Positions 29,256-39,214 of a stretch of DNA of 64,000 nucleotides are shown in pieces (positions within the stretch are counted from its first letter, which is position 1; each line of letters starts with the position of its first letter). Below the pieces are notes generated by a model. That model searched no databases. It saw only the letters and a list, made by a program, of their open reading frames with translations, and had not been told where the DNA came from. This stretch comes from Alphaproteobacteria bacterium (GTDB taxonomy: Bacteria; Pseudomonadota; Alphaproteobacteria; JAQWUY01). Made by a program: the position numbers and the translations under genes. The stretch is from NCBI GenBank assembly GCA_029250225.1, contig JAQWUY010000031.1, positions 226,948-290,947 of the forward strand. Direction: 5' to 3'.

Positions 29256-30211
29256 TAAAAAATATTTTAAAACAAACATTTTTTTCTGGTACTCAAATAT
29301 ACATATTTTTCGTAAAAATAATGATACCAACACTAATTTTTGTAAGAATATTAGGAGATTTGGGCGGTATTGACTACTTGGCAAAAGCATTAACTCCCGT
29401 GATGGAATTTTTAAATCTTGGCGGTGAATCGGCTTTGGTTTGGGCTTCTGCTATTTTAGTAAATTTATATGCTGGTTTAAGTATATTTTCAAATATGGAA
29501 TCATTACAAAACCTTACTGTTGCCCAAGCAACAACAATTTCATTATTAGTGCTAATTGTTCATAATATATTTATGGAAATGGCCGTAGTAAGAATGGTCG
29601 GATTAAAATTACCGTTTATTACATTATTTAGATTTATATCAACAGTTTTTATAGCATTCTTATTTATTAAAACTGCTAACAATATGGGCTTTTATCAGGA
29701 ATCAGCCAAAATAATTATCGAACCGCAAAGTATAAACAGCTCTTTTGAATTATGGGCTATCAATTCATTAAAATCACTGATATTTTTATTGTTTGTGATT
29801 TATTTAATCGTATTTATTGTTGAAATTCTTAAAGCTATAAAAATAACAAATTTACTAGAAAGCACTTTATCGCCAATATTTAGACTAGCGGGAATTAGTA
29901 AAGAGGCAAGTAATATCACAGTAATAGGTTTATTATTAGGATTGGCTTACGGTGGAGCATTCTTTATAGAAGAAATAAAAAACAAAAAATTAAAAGACCG
30001 AGACATTTATTTATCAATATCATTATTATGTCTAAGTCACGCTATTATAGAAGATACACTATTAATGATTTTAATCGGTGCCGATATGTTTATATTAGTT
30101 GTGTATAGATTCTTTATTACACTGTTTATAATATGGCTATTAAGCTTAGTAGTAAATAATTGTTCTGATAGATTTTTTTATAAATATTTCTTTCACAAAA
30201 AAATAAAATAA
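29252..30211 (+). CDS. Nucleoside-recognition (Gate) domain membrane protein, function unknown
   Basis: 319 aa, 8 or more TM segments. Overlaps the cobW stop, so likely co-transcribed with the cob genes. Confidence 0.45.
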   Translation: MIKNILKQTFFSGTQIYIFFVKIMIPTLIFVRILGDLGGIDYLAKALTPVMEFLNLGGESALVWASAILVNLYAGLSIFSNMESLQNLTVAQATTISLLVLIVHNIFMEMAVVRMVGLKLPFITLFRFISTVFIAFLFIKTANNMGFYQESAKIIIEPQSINSSFELWAINSLKSLIFLLFVIYLIVFIVEILKAIKITNLLESTLSPIFRLAGISKEASNITVIGLLLGLAYGGAFFIEEIKNKKLKDRDIYLSISLLCLSHAIIEDTLLMILIGADMFILVVYRFFITLFIIWLLSLVVNNCSDRFFYKYFFHKKIK

Positions 30212-32827
30212 TTACAATTGTTTTTTAATTTCAGAAATAGCTTCATCTACTTTACTAGCATCGCTACCGCCGGCCTGTGCCATATCCGGACGGCCACCGC
30301 CACCTTTTCCGCCTAGCACTTTTGAGGCAATTTTTACTAGCTCAACAGCATTATGTTTATCAGTGTTACTTGCAACAACTATCGATACTTTTTCATCGTT
30401 TGTAGAAATCAAAACAATTACTGAATTATCAAACTGTGATTTTAAATCGTCAGCTAATCCCTTTAATTCTTTGGCCGGTAAATCAACAGTTTGCCCAATA
30501 AAGTTAGTGCCGTTGATAGATTCAGGCTCTAAATTATCTCGATTAGCATCATCACTTGCCATTTTTTTACGAAGATTAATAACTTCTTTTTCAAGTTTTT
30601 TATTACTATCAATCAAAGACTTAACTTTATTTGGTAAATTATCTGTTGTAGATTTTAATTTAACATTTAATGAATTAATAACTTTTTCTAAATCTTGAAC
30701 ATATTTATTTAATTCACTACCTGTTACGGCCTCAATTCGCCTTACCCCAGCCGATACCGCAGTTTCATTAATTATTTTAAAACCGCCAATTTCACCTGTA
30801 CTTTTACAATGTGTACCACCGCATAATTCAATTGAGTATGCTCTTTTATCAGCAGTTGCCGAACCCATACTAACAACCCTAACCTCGTCACTGTATTTTT
30901 CACCAAACAATGCTTGTGCGCCCATTTCTCGGCCTTTTTCTGGTGTCGTAAGAATAGTATCAATCGGCGTATTATCACGGATTTGTTGATTAACTATATT
31001 TTCAACCTTAATTATATCTTCTTTCGAGATTGCAGAATTGTTTGATACATCAAATCTTGTAATTTGTTCATTTTGTAATGAACCTTTTTGTGATATGTGG
31101 TCTCCTAATATTTCTCTCAGAGATTCGTGCATAAGATGTGTTACAGAATGATTAGCTTGTATTTTTTTACGACGAGCATTATCAACTATCAATTCTACTG
31201 AATCATTTACACAAACTTCTCCGTCTTTAACCTTAACATAATGTAAAAATAAATCACCCAGTGCTTTTTGTGTGTCAATAACAATTAACTTACAATTTTT
31301 ATTTTTAATAATACCTGTATCGCCAACTTGACCACCGCTTTCACCGTAAAACGGTGTCTGATTAGTTATTACAACACCTTCTTGATCTCGGCTTAAATTT
31401 TTAACTTGTTTTGAATCAACAACTATAGACTTAATAACACCTTCGGAATGTGTACTTTCATAACCTAAAAATTCAGTTGAGCCAACTTTATCTTTTACAT
31501 CAAACCAAAGTTTATCTGTCTTTGAAGCCCCTGAGCCGACCCAAGCAGAACGAGCTTTTTCTTTTTGCTCAGACATTGAAGCATCAAATTGTTTCATATC
31601 AATAGTTTTACCCTTGCTTCGTAAAATATCAGCTGTTAAATCAACAGGGAAACCGTAAGTATCATATAAATTAAAAGCAATCTTACCATCAAGAACTTTT
31701 CTTGAACCCATTTTTTCGGTTTCAGAATCTAATAATTTTAATCCCCTATCCAATGTTTCTTTAAATCTTGTTTCTTCCAACCTTAAAGTTTCAGTTATTA
31801 ATGAATTAGCATCTTTTAATTCAGTAAAATGTTGCCCCATTTCTTTTATTAAAGATGGAACTAGTTTGTACATAAGTGGGTCTTTTGCACCTAGTATATG
31901 AGCGTGTCGCATAGCACGACGCATTATGCGTCTTAGCACATAACCCCTACCTTCGTTTGATGGCAACACACCATCAGCAATTAAAAATGCCGAAGAACGA
32001 AGATGGTCAGTGATAACTTTTAACGATACATTATCCGTATCAGTGTCAACAATACCGGCGGTATAATCGATTATGTTTTTAAATGTATCAATATCGTAAT
32101 TATTATGCTTTCCTTGTAAAATAGCCGAAATTCTTTCCAATCCCATACCCGTATCAATACTAGGTTTCGGTAAATCTTTTCTTAAACCAGATTCCATTTG
32201 CTCAAATTGCATAAATACAAGATTCCATATTTCAATAAATCTATCACCGTCTTCATCAGGAGAACCAGGAACACCACCAAATATATCTTCGCCGTGGTCA
32301 TAAAATATCTCTGAACAAGGGCCACAAGGGCCAGTATCACCCATTTGCCAAAAATTATCAGAAGTGGCGATGCGGATTATTTTATCATCTTTTAATCCAG
32401 CTATTTTTTTCCAATAATTTACCGCTTCATCATCATTGTGATAAACGGTTACTAATAATTTATCTTTATCTAATGCATATTCTTTGGTTAATAAATTCCA
32501 AGCAAGCTCAATAGCATTTTCTTTGAAATAATCACCAAAAGAAAAATTGCCTAGCATTTCAAAAAATGTATGGTGACGAGCTGTGTAACCAACATTTTCT
32601 AGGTCGTTGTGTTTACCACCTGCACGAACACATTTTTGTGATGTTACAGCAGTTTTATAATCCCTAGTTTCTAGACCTGTAAATAAATCTTTAAATTGAA
32701 CCATACCCGCATTTGTAAACATAAGAGTTGGATCATTTTGTGGAACCAGCGCAGATGAATCAACTATCTGATGTTTATTTTTTGCAAAATAATCTAAAAA
32801 AGTTTTGCGAATTTGGTTAGTTTTCAT
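30212..32827 (-). CDS. alaS: Alanine--tRNA ligase
   Basis: class II motifs, HxxxH...C..H editing/zinc region, C-terminal DHHA1. ATG at 32825-32827 (MKTNQIRKTFLDYF) preferred over the upstream in-frame start. Confidence 0.93.
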   Translation of the reverse strand: MKTNQIRKTFLDYFAKNKHQIVDSSALVPQNDPTLMFTNAGMVQFKDLFTGLETRDYKTAVTSQKCVRAGGKHNDLENVGYTARHHTFFEMLGNFSFGDYFKENAIELAWNLLTKEYALDKDKLLVTVYHNDDEAVNYWKKIAGLKDDKIIRIATSDNFWQMGDTGPCGPCSEIFYDHGEDIFGGVPGSPDEDGDRFIEIWNLVFMQFEQMESGLRKDLPKPSIDTGMGLERISAILQGKHNNYDIDTFKNIIDYTAGIVDTDTDNVSLKVITDHLRSSAFLIADGVLPSNEGRGYVLRRIMRRAMRHAHILGAKDPLMYKLVPSLIKEMGQHFTELKDANSLITETLRLEETRFKETLDRGLKLLDSETEKMGSRKVLDGKIAFNLYDTYGFPVDLTADILRSKGKTIDMKQFDASMSEQKEKARSAWVGSGASKTDKLWFDVKDKVGSTEFLGYESTHSEGVIKSIVVDSKQVKNLSRDQEGVVITNQTPFYGESGGQVGDTGIIKNKNCKLIVIDTQKALGDLFLHYVKVKDGEVCVNDSVELIVDNARRKKIQANHSVTHLMHESLREILGDHISQKGSLQNEQITRFDVSNNSAISKEDIIKVENIVNQQIRDNTPIDTILTTPEKGREMGAQALFGEKYSDEVRVVSMGSATADKRAYSIELCGGTHCKSTGEIGGFKIINETAVSAGVRRIEAVTGSELNKYVQDLEKVINSLNVKLKSTTDNLPNKVKSLIDSNKKLEKEVINLRKKMASDDANRDNLEPESINGTNFIGQTVDLPAKELKGLADDLKSQFDNSVIVLISTNDEKVSIVVASNTDKHNAVELVKIASKVLGGKGGGGRPDMAQAGGSDASKVDEAISEIKKQL

Positions 32828-32978
32828 AATTTGCCTTTCAATTTTAAGATAAAATAGCAATTTACAGGCTATTTTTCAATATAAAATGATAAAATATTTT
32901 GATTATCTTTTTTATATTATATTTAAAAATATATCAGAAATTTCTTGTTAATACTGCAATAAATATTATTCTAATAAA

Positions 32979-33005
32979 TAAAAAAAGTGCGGAATAAACC
33001 GCACC
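32979..33005 (-). terminator. Intrinsic terminator downstream of recA
   Basis: GTGCGG/CCGCAC stem; on the minus strand followed by T7. Confidence 0.6.
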
Positions 33006-33032
33006 TTTTATAAAACTTATTTTTTTATATGC

Positions 33033-34103
33033 TTATCCAGCGATAGTGTCATCTTCCGGATTAAGCTTAGAATCATTTAATTCCGCCTTAGAGACCTCAT
33101 CTAGCATTACACCTTGTAACAATCCAGATTCAGTACGAATTTTATTTTCAATTTCTTGACAAAGTTCAATTTTTTCTTTTAATAAAATACGGACTTTTTC
33201 CTTACCTTGTCCCAACTTCTCACCATTGTAAGAATACCAAGAACCCGATTTTTCAACAATACCAGCATTTACACCTAAGTCTATAATTTCACCCTCTTTC
33301 GAAACTCCTTCACCATATAAGATGTCGAATTCAACAGTTCTAAAAGGAGGTGCGACTTTATTTTTTACAACTTTTACTCTGGTTTGGTTACCAATTACAT
33401 TATCTTTTTCTTTCAATTGTCCAATACGACGAATATCAAGACGAACAGATGAATAGAATTTTAATGCATTACCGCCTGTTGTTGTTTCTGGCGAACCAAA
33501 CATAACACCAATTTTCATACGAATCTGATTAATAAATATAACAGTACAACCAGTTCTTGAAATTGAACCCGTAAGTTTTCTTAGTGCTTGTGACATAAGG
33601 CGAGCTTGTAAACCAATATGAGAATCACCCATATCACCTTCCAATTCAGCTTTTGGAGTCAACGCAGCCACACTATCAACTACAACAATATCAACAGCTC
33701 CGGAGCGAACCAATGTGTCTGTAATTTCTAGGGCTTGTTCACCAGCATCAGGCTGTGATATTAACAAAGCATCATTATCAACACCTAATTTTTTAGAATA
33801 GATAGGATCAAGCGCGTGTTCCGCATCGATAAATGCAGCCGTTCCGCCTACTTTTTGACATTCAGCAACACATTGTAAAGCTAGTGTTGTTTTACCTGAT
33901 GATTCAGGGCCGTAAATTTCAATTATTCTTCCCTTAGGAATTCCACCTATACCAAGGGCAATATCCAAAGATAATGAACCTGTCGAGATCTCTTCTATGT
34001 CAAGGCTATGTTCTGCACCTAAACGCATTATTGAACCTTTACCATAAGAGCGTTCAATTTGTCCTAGTGCTGCTTCTAATGCTTTTGTTTTATCATTGCT
34101 CAT
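33033..34103 (-). CDS. recA: Recombinase RecA
   Basis: [23 protein letters not shown], Walker [13 protein letters not shown] at 34101-34103 with GGAAGG SD. Confidence 0.95.
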   Translation of the reverse strand: MSNDKTKALEAALGQIERSYGKGSIMRLGAEHSLDIEEISTGSLSLDIALGIGGIPKGRIIEIYGPESSGKTTLALQCVAECQKVGGTAAFIDAEHALDPIYSKKLGVDNDALLISQPDAGEQALEITDTLVRSGAVDIVVVDSVAALTPKAELEGDMGDSHIGLQARLMSQALRKLTGSISRTGCTVIFINQIRMKIGVMFGSPETTTGGNALKFYSSVRLDIRRIGQLKEKDNVIGNQTRVKVVKNKVAPPFRTVEFDILYGEGVSKEGEIIDLGVNAGIVEKSGSWYSYNGEKLGQGKEKVRILLKEKIELCQEIENKIRTESGLLQGVMLDEVSKAELNDSKLNPEDDTIAG

Positions 34104-34240
34104 TTTTTTGCCTTCCACAATCTTTAATACATCATTAATCATTTTACAGCTCCTTTATATCATAATAAAAAAAACAATCAAAATATATTTATATTCGTAT
34201 TTTGTTCTTTTAGTATGTACTACTTTTTTTTCTATGTAAA

Positions 34241-34255
34241 GTTCTTTTTTTGTTC
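34241..34255 (+). promoter_or_regulatory. Putative LexA (SOS) box GTTC-N7-GTTC upstream of recA
   Basis: gttctttttttgttc, a perfect alphaproteobacterial-type direct repeat, about 140 nt upstream of the recA ATG. Confidence 0.45.
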
Positions 34256-34311
34256 TTTTTTGTTTTTAATAAAAAAATATATATAAATCAATATTTTAGA
34301 AGTAAAATAAA

Positions 34312-35007
34312 TTATATTGTTTTATAGAATTTAATTGTTTTATAAAGATTTTGTTTAATTATTTTTTGAGATTTCAATCTTTCATCATCGACACCCCAAA
34401 CTTGATTCTGATATGATTCATCTATGTGTGATTTTTCCCAAGCACTATCAAAATCTAGTTTATCAGAAAGAACACCCCAAGATAATACAAAAGACCCCAA
34501 GTTTCCAACCAAGTCGGCAAGTGCTGTTAATTGGTAATCACAACACTTATCGCATATTTTATTAGCTGACTTATATACTTGAATATCTTGATTAACAGGC
34601 ATAATAGAATCGGTTGTAACAAGTGGCATATTTAATTCTTTTCTTGCCCATTCAAGTTCACTATCCCAGCTATCTGATTGCATTTTTTGCAATGTTTTTG
34701 TTTCATTGTTACGATAACAAATTAAATCGTTCATAGCATATGAACAAATGTTTTCAACAATTTCATTACGATTAGGTATAATTTTATCAATAGTAGTAGA
34801 GGCTAGATTAGTATAATTCATATCCTGTGGATTAATATTTTCATTTTCAGCAATATCATTCCATTCATTAACTATTAAATCGGCTGTTTTTTTACTGCTT
34901 AGGCGAAGAATATTTCCAGCGGGAGTTTTTATTTGTTTGCCGTCTAATAAAATTACATAGTCTCGTTTATCTTTACCAACGGATACTGTTTTATAGAATC
35001 TTTTCAT
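34312..35007 (-). CDS. ATP12-family chaperone (F1-ATPase assembly factor homolog)
   Basis: MKRFYKTVSV...LDGKQIKTPAGN matches the ATP12 N-terminus; 231 aa. Confidence 0.65.
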   Translation of the reverse strand: MKRFYKTVSVGKDKRDYVILLDGKQIKTPAGNILRLSSKKTADLIVNEWNDIAENENINPQDMNYTNLASTTIDKIIPNRNEIVENICSYAMNDLICYRNNETKTLQKMQSDSWDSELEWARKELNMPLVTTDSIMPVNQDIQVYKSANKICDKCCDYQLTALADLVGNLGSFVLSWGVLSDKLDFDSAWEKSHIDESYQNQVWGVDDERLKSQKIIKQNLYKTIKFYKTI

Positions 35008-35010
35008 TAT

Positions 35011-35673
35011 TTAGCTTCCTAATAATGTATCAATCACCGATGGTAAATTTGAAAAATCATCTACTATTTCATTAGCCCCTGCCTTAACAAGTTCACCTAC
35101 ACTGTGATAACCAAAAGATACGCCGATAGATTTAACACCTGCATTTTTTGCAGTTAAAATATCGTGTGTTGTATCACCAATCATAACTACACTTTCTTTT
35201 TCAACTCCGAGTTCGGCAATTAATTCATTCATAGTTTGTGGATTTGGTTTGCCGGGCCCGCAATCAGAAGTCTTTGTTGCAATAAAATATTCACCGATAT
35301 TTTTATTTTTAAAAGTATTTTGCAATCCTAGATTACCCTTTCCTGTTAAAACAGCTAGGTAAGATTTATCATCATTAAGAACATTTAATGTTTCAACAAC
35401 ATTTGGGAATAATTCTTCTTCTATTTTTGCTTGTTCATTAAGATTAACAAACGCAGAGTAAAACTCTTTTTCAAGTTTTCCATAATCATTTTCGTTTAAA
35501 TCTGGTTCTAAAACTCTTACAGAATCTTGTATTGTTAGTCCTATTACCTGCAATACCGAAGATAACTTAGGTGGATTTAATCCGAAACTTTCCCAAGCGG
35601 TAACAATAGCATTCATTATTGATTTTTGACTGTCGACTAATGTACCATCGCAATCAAATATTATTAATCGCAT
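35011..35673 (-). CDS. HAD-superfamily hydrolase (phosphoglycolate-phosphatase-like)
   Basis: IIFDCDGTLVDS motif I, ...VLTGKG... motif III, GDTTHD motif IV. Confidence 0.75.
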   Translation of the reverse strand: MRLIIFDCDGTLVDSQKSIMNAIVTAWESFGLNPPKLSSVLQVIGLTIQDSVRVLEPDLNENDYGKLEKEFYSAFVNLNEQAKIEEELFPNVVETLNVLNDDKSYLAVLTGKGNLGLQNTFKNKNIGEYFIATKTSDCGPGKPNPQTMNELIAELGVEKESVVMIGDTTHDILTAKNAGVKSIGVSFGYHSVGELVKAGANEIVDDFSNLPSVIDTLLGS

Positions 35674-35675
35674 TA

Positions 35676-36626
35676 TTATAAATCCTTAAAAACTTCATCA
35701 AAATATTTTTGTTGCACAACATTAAACATTTTAAATGTTTCAAGCATATGACCTGAAATATCAGCAACAATATTGATTTTACCCATATCAATTAAACGAG
35801 CATGTAAATGCATTTTTTTTGTATGAGCTTCATTTGATATAAATGATTTTTTGCCCCCATACTTACCATCACCCAAAATTGGGGTGCCCATATATTCCAT
35901 ATGCGCTCTTAATTGATGAGTACGACCTGTTAAAGGATATAAAGCTACCAATGTTAATACTCCACCCATTCGTTGTAAAACTTCGAATTCGGTAATAGCA
36001 TTTTTACCTTCTTCGTCAGGTATCATTTTTTCTTGTCCTGAAATATTTTTCTTTAACAATGGGACTTGTATTGTGCCTTTATCCATTTCCGGTTCACCAA
36101 CAACAACCGCCCAATAAACTTTACGAATTTTCTTATGTTTAAATAAACCGGTTAATTCTGTTGCTGTTTGGCGATTGCGTGCCAATATTAAAACACCTGA
36201 TGTATCCTTGTCAATTCTATGCACCAAGCGGGGTTTATCCTGATTATCACGATGCAAATATCTAGTTAGGTGATCAATGTGTTTTGTTGTATTTGTTCCA
36301 CCTTGAACAGCAATTCCTGATGGTTTATTAATTGCGATAATATCATCATCTTTATAAATAACCATATTTTTTATAAGTTCGGCATCGTTTGGATTATAAA
36401 CTTTGTTTTGACTGAAATCTGTTTTTTTATCAAGTGGTGGTATGCGAATAACCATACCCTCTGATATTCTTTCATTTCCTTTTATGCGTTTTCCATTAAT
36501 ACGAATCTCACCTTTACGGCATTTTTTCTGAACCTGAGTAAAATTTAAATCGTAATACTTTTGAAACCATCTGTCCAATCGCATATCAGAATCAGATTTT
36601 TTTACCGTGACTTGTTCAACACCCAT
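35676..36626 (-). CDS. RluA-family 23S rRNA pseudouridine synthase (RluC/RluD-like)
   Basis: S4 domain N-terminus, catalytic HRIDKDTSGVLILA. Confidence 0.85.
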   Translation of the reverse strand: MGVEQVTVKKSDSDMRLDRWFQKYYDLNFTQVQKKCRKGEIRINGKRIKGNERISEGMVIRIPPLDKKTDFSQNKVYNPNDAELIKNMVIYKDDDIIAINKPSGIAVQGGTNTTKHIDHLTRYLHRDNQDKPRLVHRIDKDTSGVLILARNRQTATELTGLFKHKKIRKVYWAVVVGEPEMDKGTIQVPLLKKNISGQEKMIPDEEGKNAITEFEVLQRMGGVLTLVALYPLTGRTHQLRAHMEYMGTPILGDGKYGGKKSFISNEAHTKKMHLHARLIDMGKINIVADISGHMLETFKMFNVVQQKYFDEVFKDL

Positions 36627-37006
36627 TATAGAAATACCTTTATAATATTCAAACCTATATAAAGTGCAATAATTGATAAAACAACAGAAACGAATACATA
36701 TGTGAATGCCATAATGTATTGTGCTTTATTTAGCATTAAAACTGTTTCCATTGCAAATGTTGAAAATGTTGTGAATGAGCTAAGAAAGCCCGTTACTATT
36801 AAGAATCTCATTTCTAATGAAATATCGATTATTATTACACTCAATTCAATAAACAAACCTACTAAAAACGAACCTATAATATTACAAGCCAATATTCCCC
36901 AAGAAAAGCCAAATATTGTTAAAGGTGCAAAAAATATAGATACATAGTGACGCAAAACTGCGCCAAATACTGCACCGGTACCAATTAATAATATATTATT
37001 TAACAT
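36626..37006 (-). CDS. crcB: Fluoride ion channel CrcB/Fluc
   Basis: 126 aa, 4 TM, GAVFGAVLRHYV N-terminus and ...TGFLSSFTTFSTF... motif. Confidence 0.82.
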   Translation of the reverse strand: MLNNILLIGTGAVFGAVLRHYVSIFFAPLTIFGFSWGILACNIIGSFLVGLFIELSVIIIDISLEMRFLIVTGFLSSFTTFSTFAMETVLMLNKAQYIMAFTYVFVSVVLSIIALYIGLNIIKVFL

Positions 37007-37111
37007 AAAATATACAATATGTGAAAATGCAAGTATTGTAAACCTTTACTTTTATAAAATATGAAAAATATTGTAGCTTTTAAATAAGTCAATTTTTAAA
37101 AAATATTTGTA

Positions 37112-38404
37112 TTATTTTTTATTTCTTATTCTTCTTAACTCTTCATAATAGTCATATCTTTTTTTAATTTCTTTTTCAAATCCCTTATCACCGACTGTAT
37201 ACAATTCTAGCCTACCTAATTCCTCTGGAAAAAAGTTTTGTCCGCTAAAACCATCTGGGTGATTATGGTCATATTGATAATCTTTGCCATACCCCATATT
37301 TTCCATCATTTTAGTTGGAGCATTTAAAATATTTTTAGGTGGTGAATAATTAGCCTGTTCACGACCAGCTTTAAGCATTGCCTTGGTTGCCTTATCAATA
37401 GCATTCGATTTTGGAGCAGTTGCAAGATATACACAAGCTTGAACTAATGCCCTTTCGCCTTCGGGTGAACCAAGTCGCTTAAATGTATCCCAAGCCCATA
37501 TTGCTTGTTGCGATGCCATAGGGTCTGCTAAGCCAATATCTTCGTAAGCAATGCACAACATACGACGAGCTATTGATAATGGATCTTCGCCCCCTGCTAG
37601 CATTCTTCCCATCCAATAAAGTGAAGCTTGCACATCAGAGCCACGCATTGATTTGTGAAAAGCCGACAACATATTATAATGACTATCGCCTGATTTGTCA
37701 TAAACCGGCATACGACGCTGAACAATGTTTAATAATTGCTCACTGTTCATTTGTTTATCTATATTAATCCCCATTAACATATCAACCATATTTAAAAAAT
37801 ACCTACCGTCACCGTCTGATATTTCACATAATTTTTTTCTTGCATCTTCATCTAAGGGAACTGTTTTTTTCATTAGATTTTCTGCTCTTAGTAATAATTT
37901 TTCCATATCAACAGGTGTTAGTTTATTTAAGGTGAAAACTTGTGTTCTACTAAGTAATGCCGAGTTTAATTCAAATGATGGGTTTTGTGTGGTTGCACCT
38001 ATTAAAATTACTGTTCCATTTTCTACATAAGGTAAAAAGCTATCTTGCTGTGCTTTATTAAAACGATGTATTTCATCAACAAACAAAATTGTTTGCTTTC
38101 CCATTTCAATATTTTGAATAGCTTTATCAAATATTTTTCGTAAATCTGACACTCCCGAAAAAACCGCAGATACAGTTTCAAAAGGACAATTTGCATTTTC
38201 CGCAATAAGTCTAGCAATTGTCGTCTTGCCACAACCAGGTGTACCCCAAAGAATAATTGATGGTATTTTTTCATTATTAATAGCGTGAAACAATGCCCCA
38301 TTATCAGACAATAAATTTTCTTGCCCAACAACATCATCAAGCTTCTTGGGTCTTAACCTTTCAGCAAGTGGCATATTATTGATATCTTTAAATAATCCAG
38401 TCAT
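37112..38404 (-). CDS. rarA: Replication-associated recombination protein A (MgsA)
   Basis: AAA+ Walker A GTPGCGKTT, Walker B ILFVDEIHRFNK, MgsA C-terminal helical domain. Confidence 0.9.
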   Translation of the reverse strand: MTGLFKDINNMPLAERLRPKKLDDVVGQENLLSDNGALFHAINNEKIPSIILWGTPGCGKTTIARLIAENANCPFETVSAVFSGVSDLRKIFDKAIQNIEMGKQTILFVDEIHRFNKAQQDSFLPYVENGTVILIGATTQNPSFELNSALLSRTQVFTLNKLTPVDMEKLLLRAENLMKKTVPLDEDARKKLCEISDGDGRYFLNMVDMLMGINIDKQMNSEQLLNIVQRRMPVYDKSGDSHYNMLSAFHKSMRGSDVQASLYWMGRMLAGGEDPLSIARRMLCIAYEDIGLADPMASQQAIWAWDTFKRLGSPEGERALVQACVYLATAPKSNAIDKATKAMLKAGREQANYSPPKNILNAPTKMMENMGYGKDYQYDHNHPDGFSGQNFFPEELGRLELYTVGDKGFEKEIKKRYDYYEELRRIRNKK

Positions 38405-38454
38405 AAAAACACTATATACTATTCATTAATTTATTAAAATATTTTATTCAAGAA

Positions 38455-38504
38455 TCAAAAAAGCCAATGGCTAATTTTCAATATGAAATTATTACCATTG
38501 GCTA
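38455..38504 (-). terminator. Terminator-like hairpin downstream of rplQ
   Basis: AGCCAATGG (38462-38470) pairs with CCATTGGCT (38496-38504); 25-nt loop. On the minus strand followed by TTTTTTG. Confidence 0.5.
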
Positions 38505-38526
38505 TTTTAAAAACTAAATACTATAT

Positions 38527-39078
38527 TTAGTCTGATTTCTTAGCAGAAGCCTTTTTAGTAGTTTTCTTAGCAGAAGACTTTTTAGTAGTTTTCTTAGTTT
38601 CTTTTGCTTCAACCTTAGTTTTCTCACCTTTTGGTGTTTCAACTTCTACAACAGGTTTTTCTGCATCTTCAAAATTTTCTTTTACCTGAACTGGCCCGCT
38701 GTCTTTACCTTTTGCTTTGATATCTCTTTCAACAAGTTCAATAACAGCAACAGGTGCCATATCACCTTTACGGAAACCAGCTTTTAAAACACGGCTATAT
38801 CCGCCATTACGGCTTTCATATCTTTTTGCCAATGTATCAAATAACTTAGCAACCATAGCTTCATCTCTTAATTGTGCAAAAGCTTGACGACGGTGTGGAA
38901 TAGTTCCTTTTTTACCTAATGTGATAAGCTTATCAATTACAGATTTTAATTCTTTAGCTTTTGGTAAAGTTGTAATAATTTGTTCGTGTTTTATTAACGC
39001 ATTAGCCATATTCATAAATAAAGCTTTTCTGTGCGATGCCGTTCTGTTTAATTTACGACGCTTAAATCCGTGACGCAT
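38527..39078 (-). CDS. rplQ: 50S ribosomal protein L17 with Lys-rich C-terminal extension
   Basis: [21 protein letters not shown]... L17 core, plus about 50-aa K/A/S/T-rich tail. Confidence 0.93.
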   Translation of the reverse strand: MRHGFKRRKLNRTASHRKALFMNMANALIKHEQIITTLPKAKELKSVIDKLITLGKKGTIPHRRQAFAQLRDEAMVAKLFDTLAKRYESRNGGYSRVLKAGFRKGDMAPVAVIELVERDIKAKGKDSGPVQVKENFEDAEKPVVEVETPKGEKTKVEAKETKKTTKKSSAKKTTKKASAKKSD

Positions 39079-39185
39079 ATTTTTTTCCTTCTTTTAATTA
39101 TGTTCAATTTTACCTAATACCGCTCGGGGCTTAACCTTGTTGCTAGTATAGGCGGGGTTTTCAACATTTTTACAAATGTATGGGG

Positions 39186-39214
39186 TTTATATTATATTTT
39201 AGAATTTATGTCAA
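39186..39214 (-). promoter_or_regulatory. Candidate internal sigma70-type promoter for rplQ inside the rpoA-rplQ spacer
   Basis: Minus-strand TTGACA (39209-39214), 17 nt, TATAAA (39186-39191). Confidence 0.3.

Noticed and set aside
37007-37111. Looked for a fluoride riboswitch (crcB motif) upstream of crcB
   Set aside because: The 105-bp spacer is almost pure A/T, with none of the GC-paired helices or the conserved core of the fluoride riboswitch. crcB here appears to lack it.
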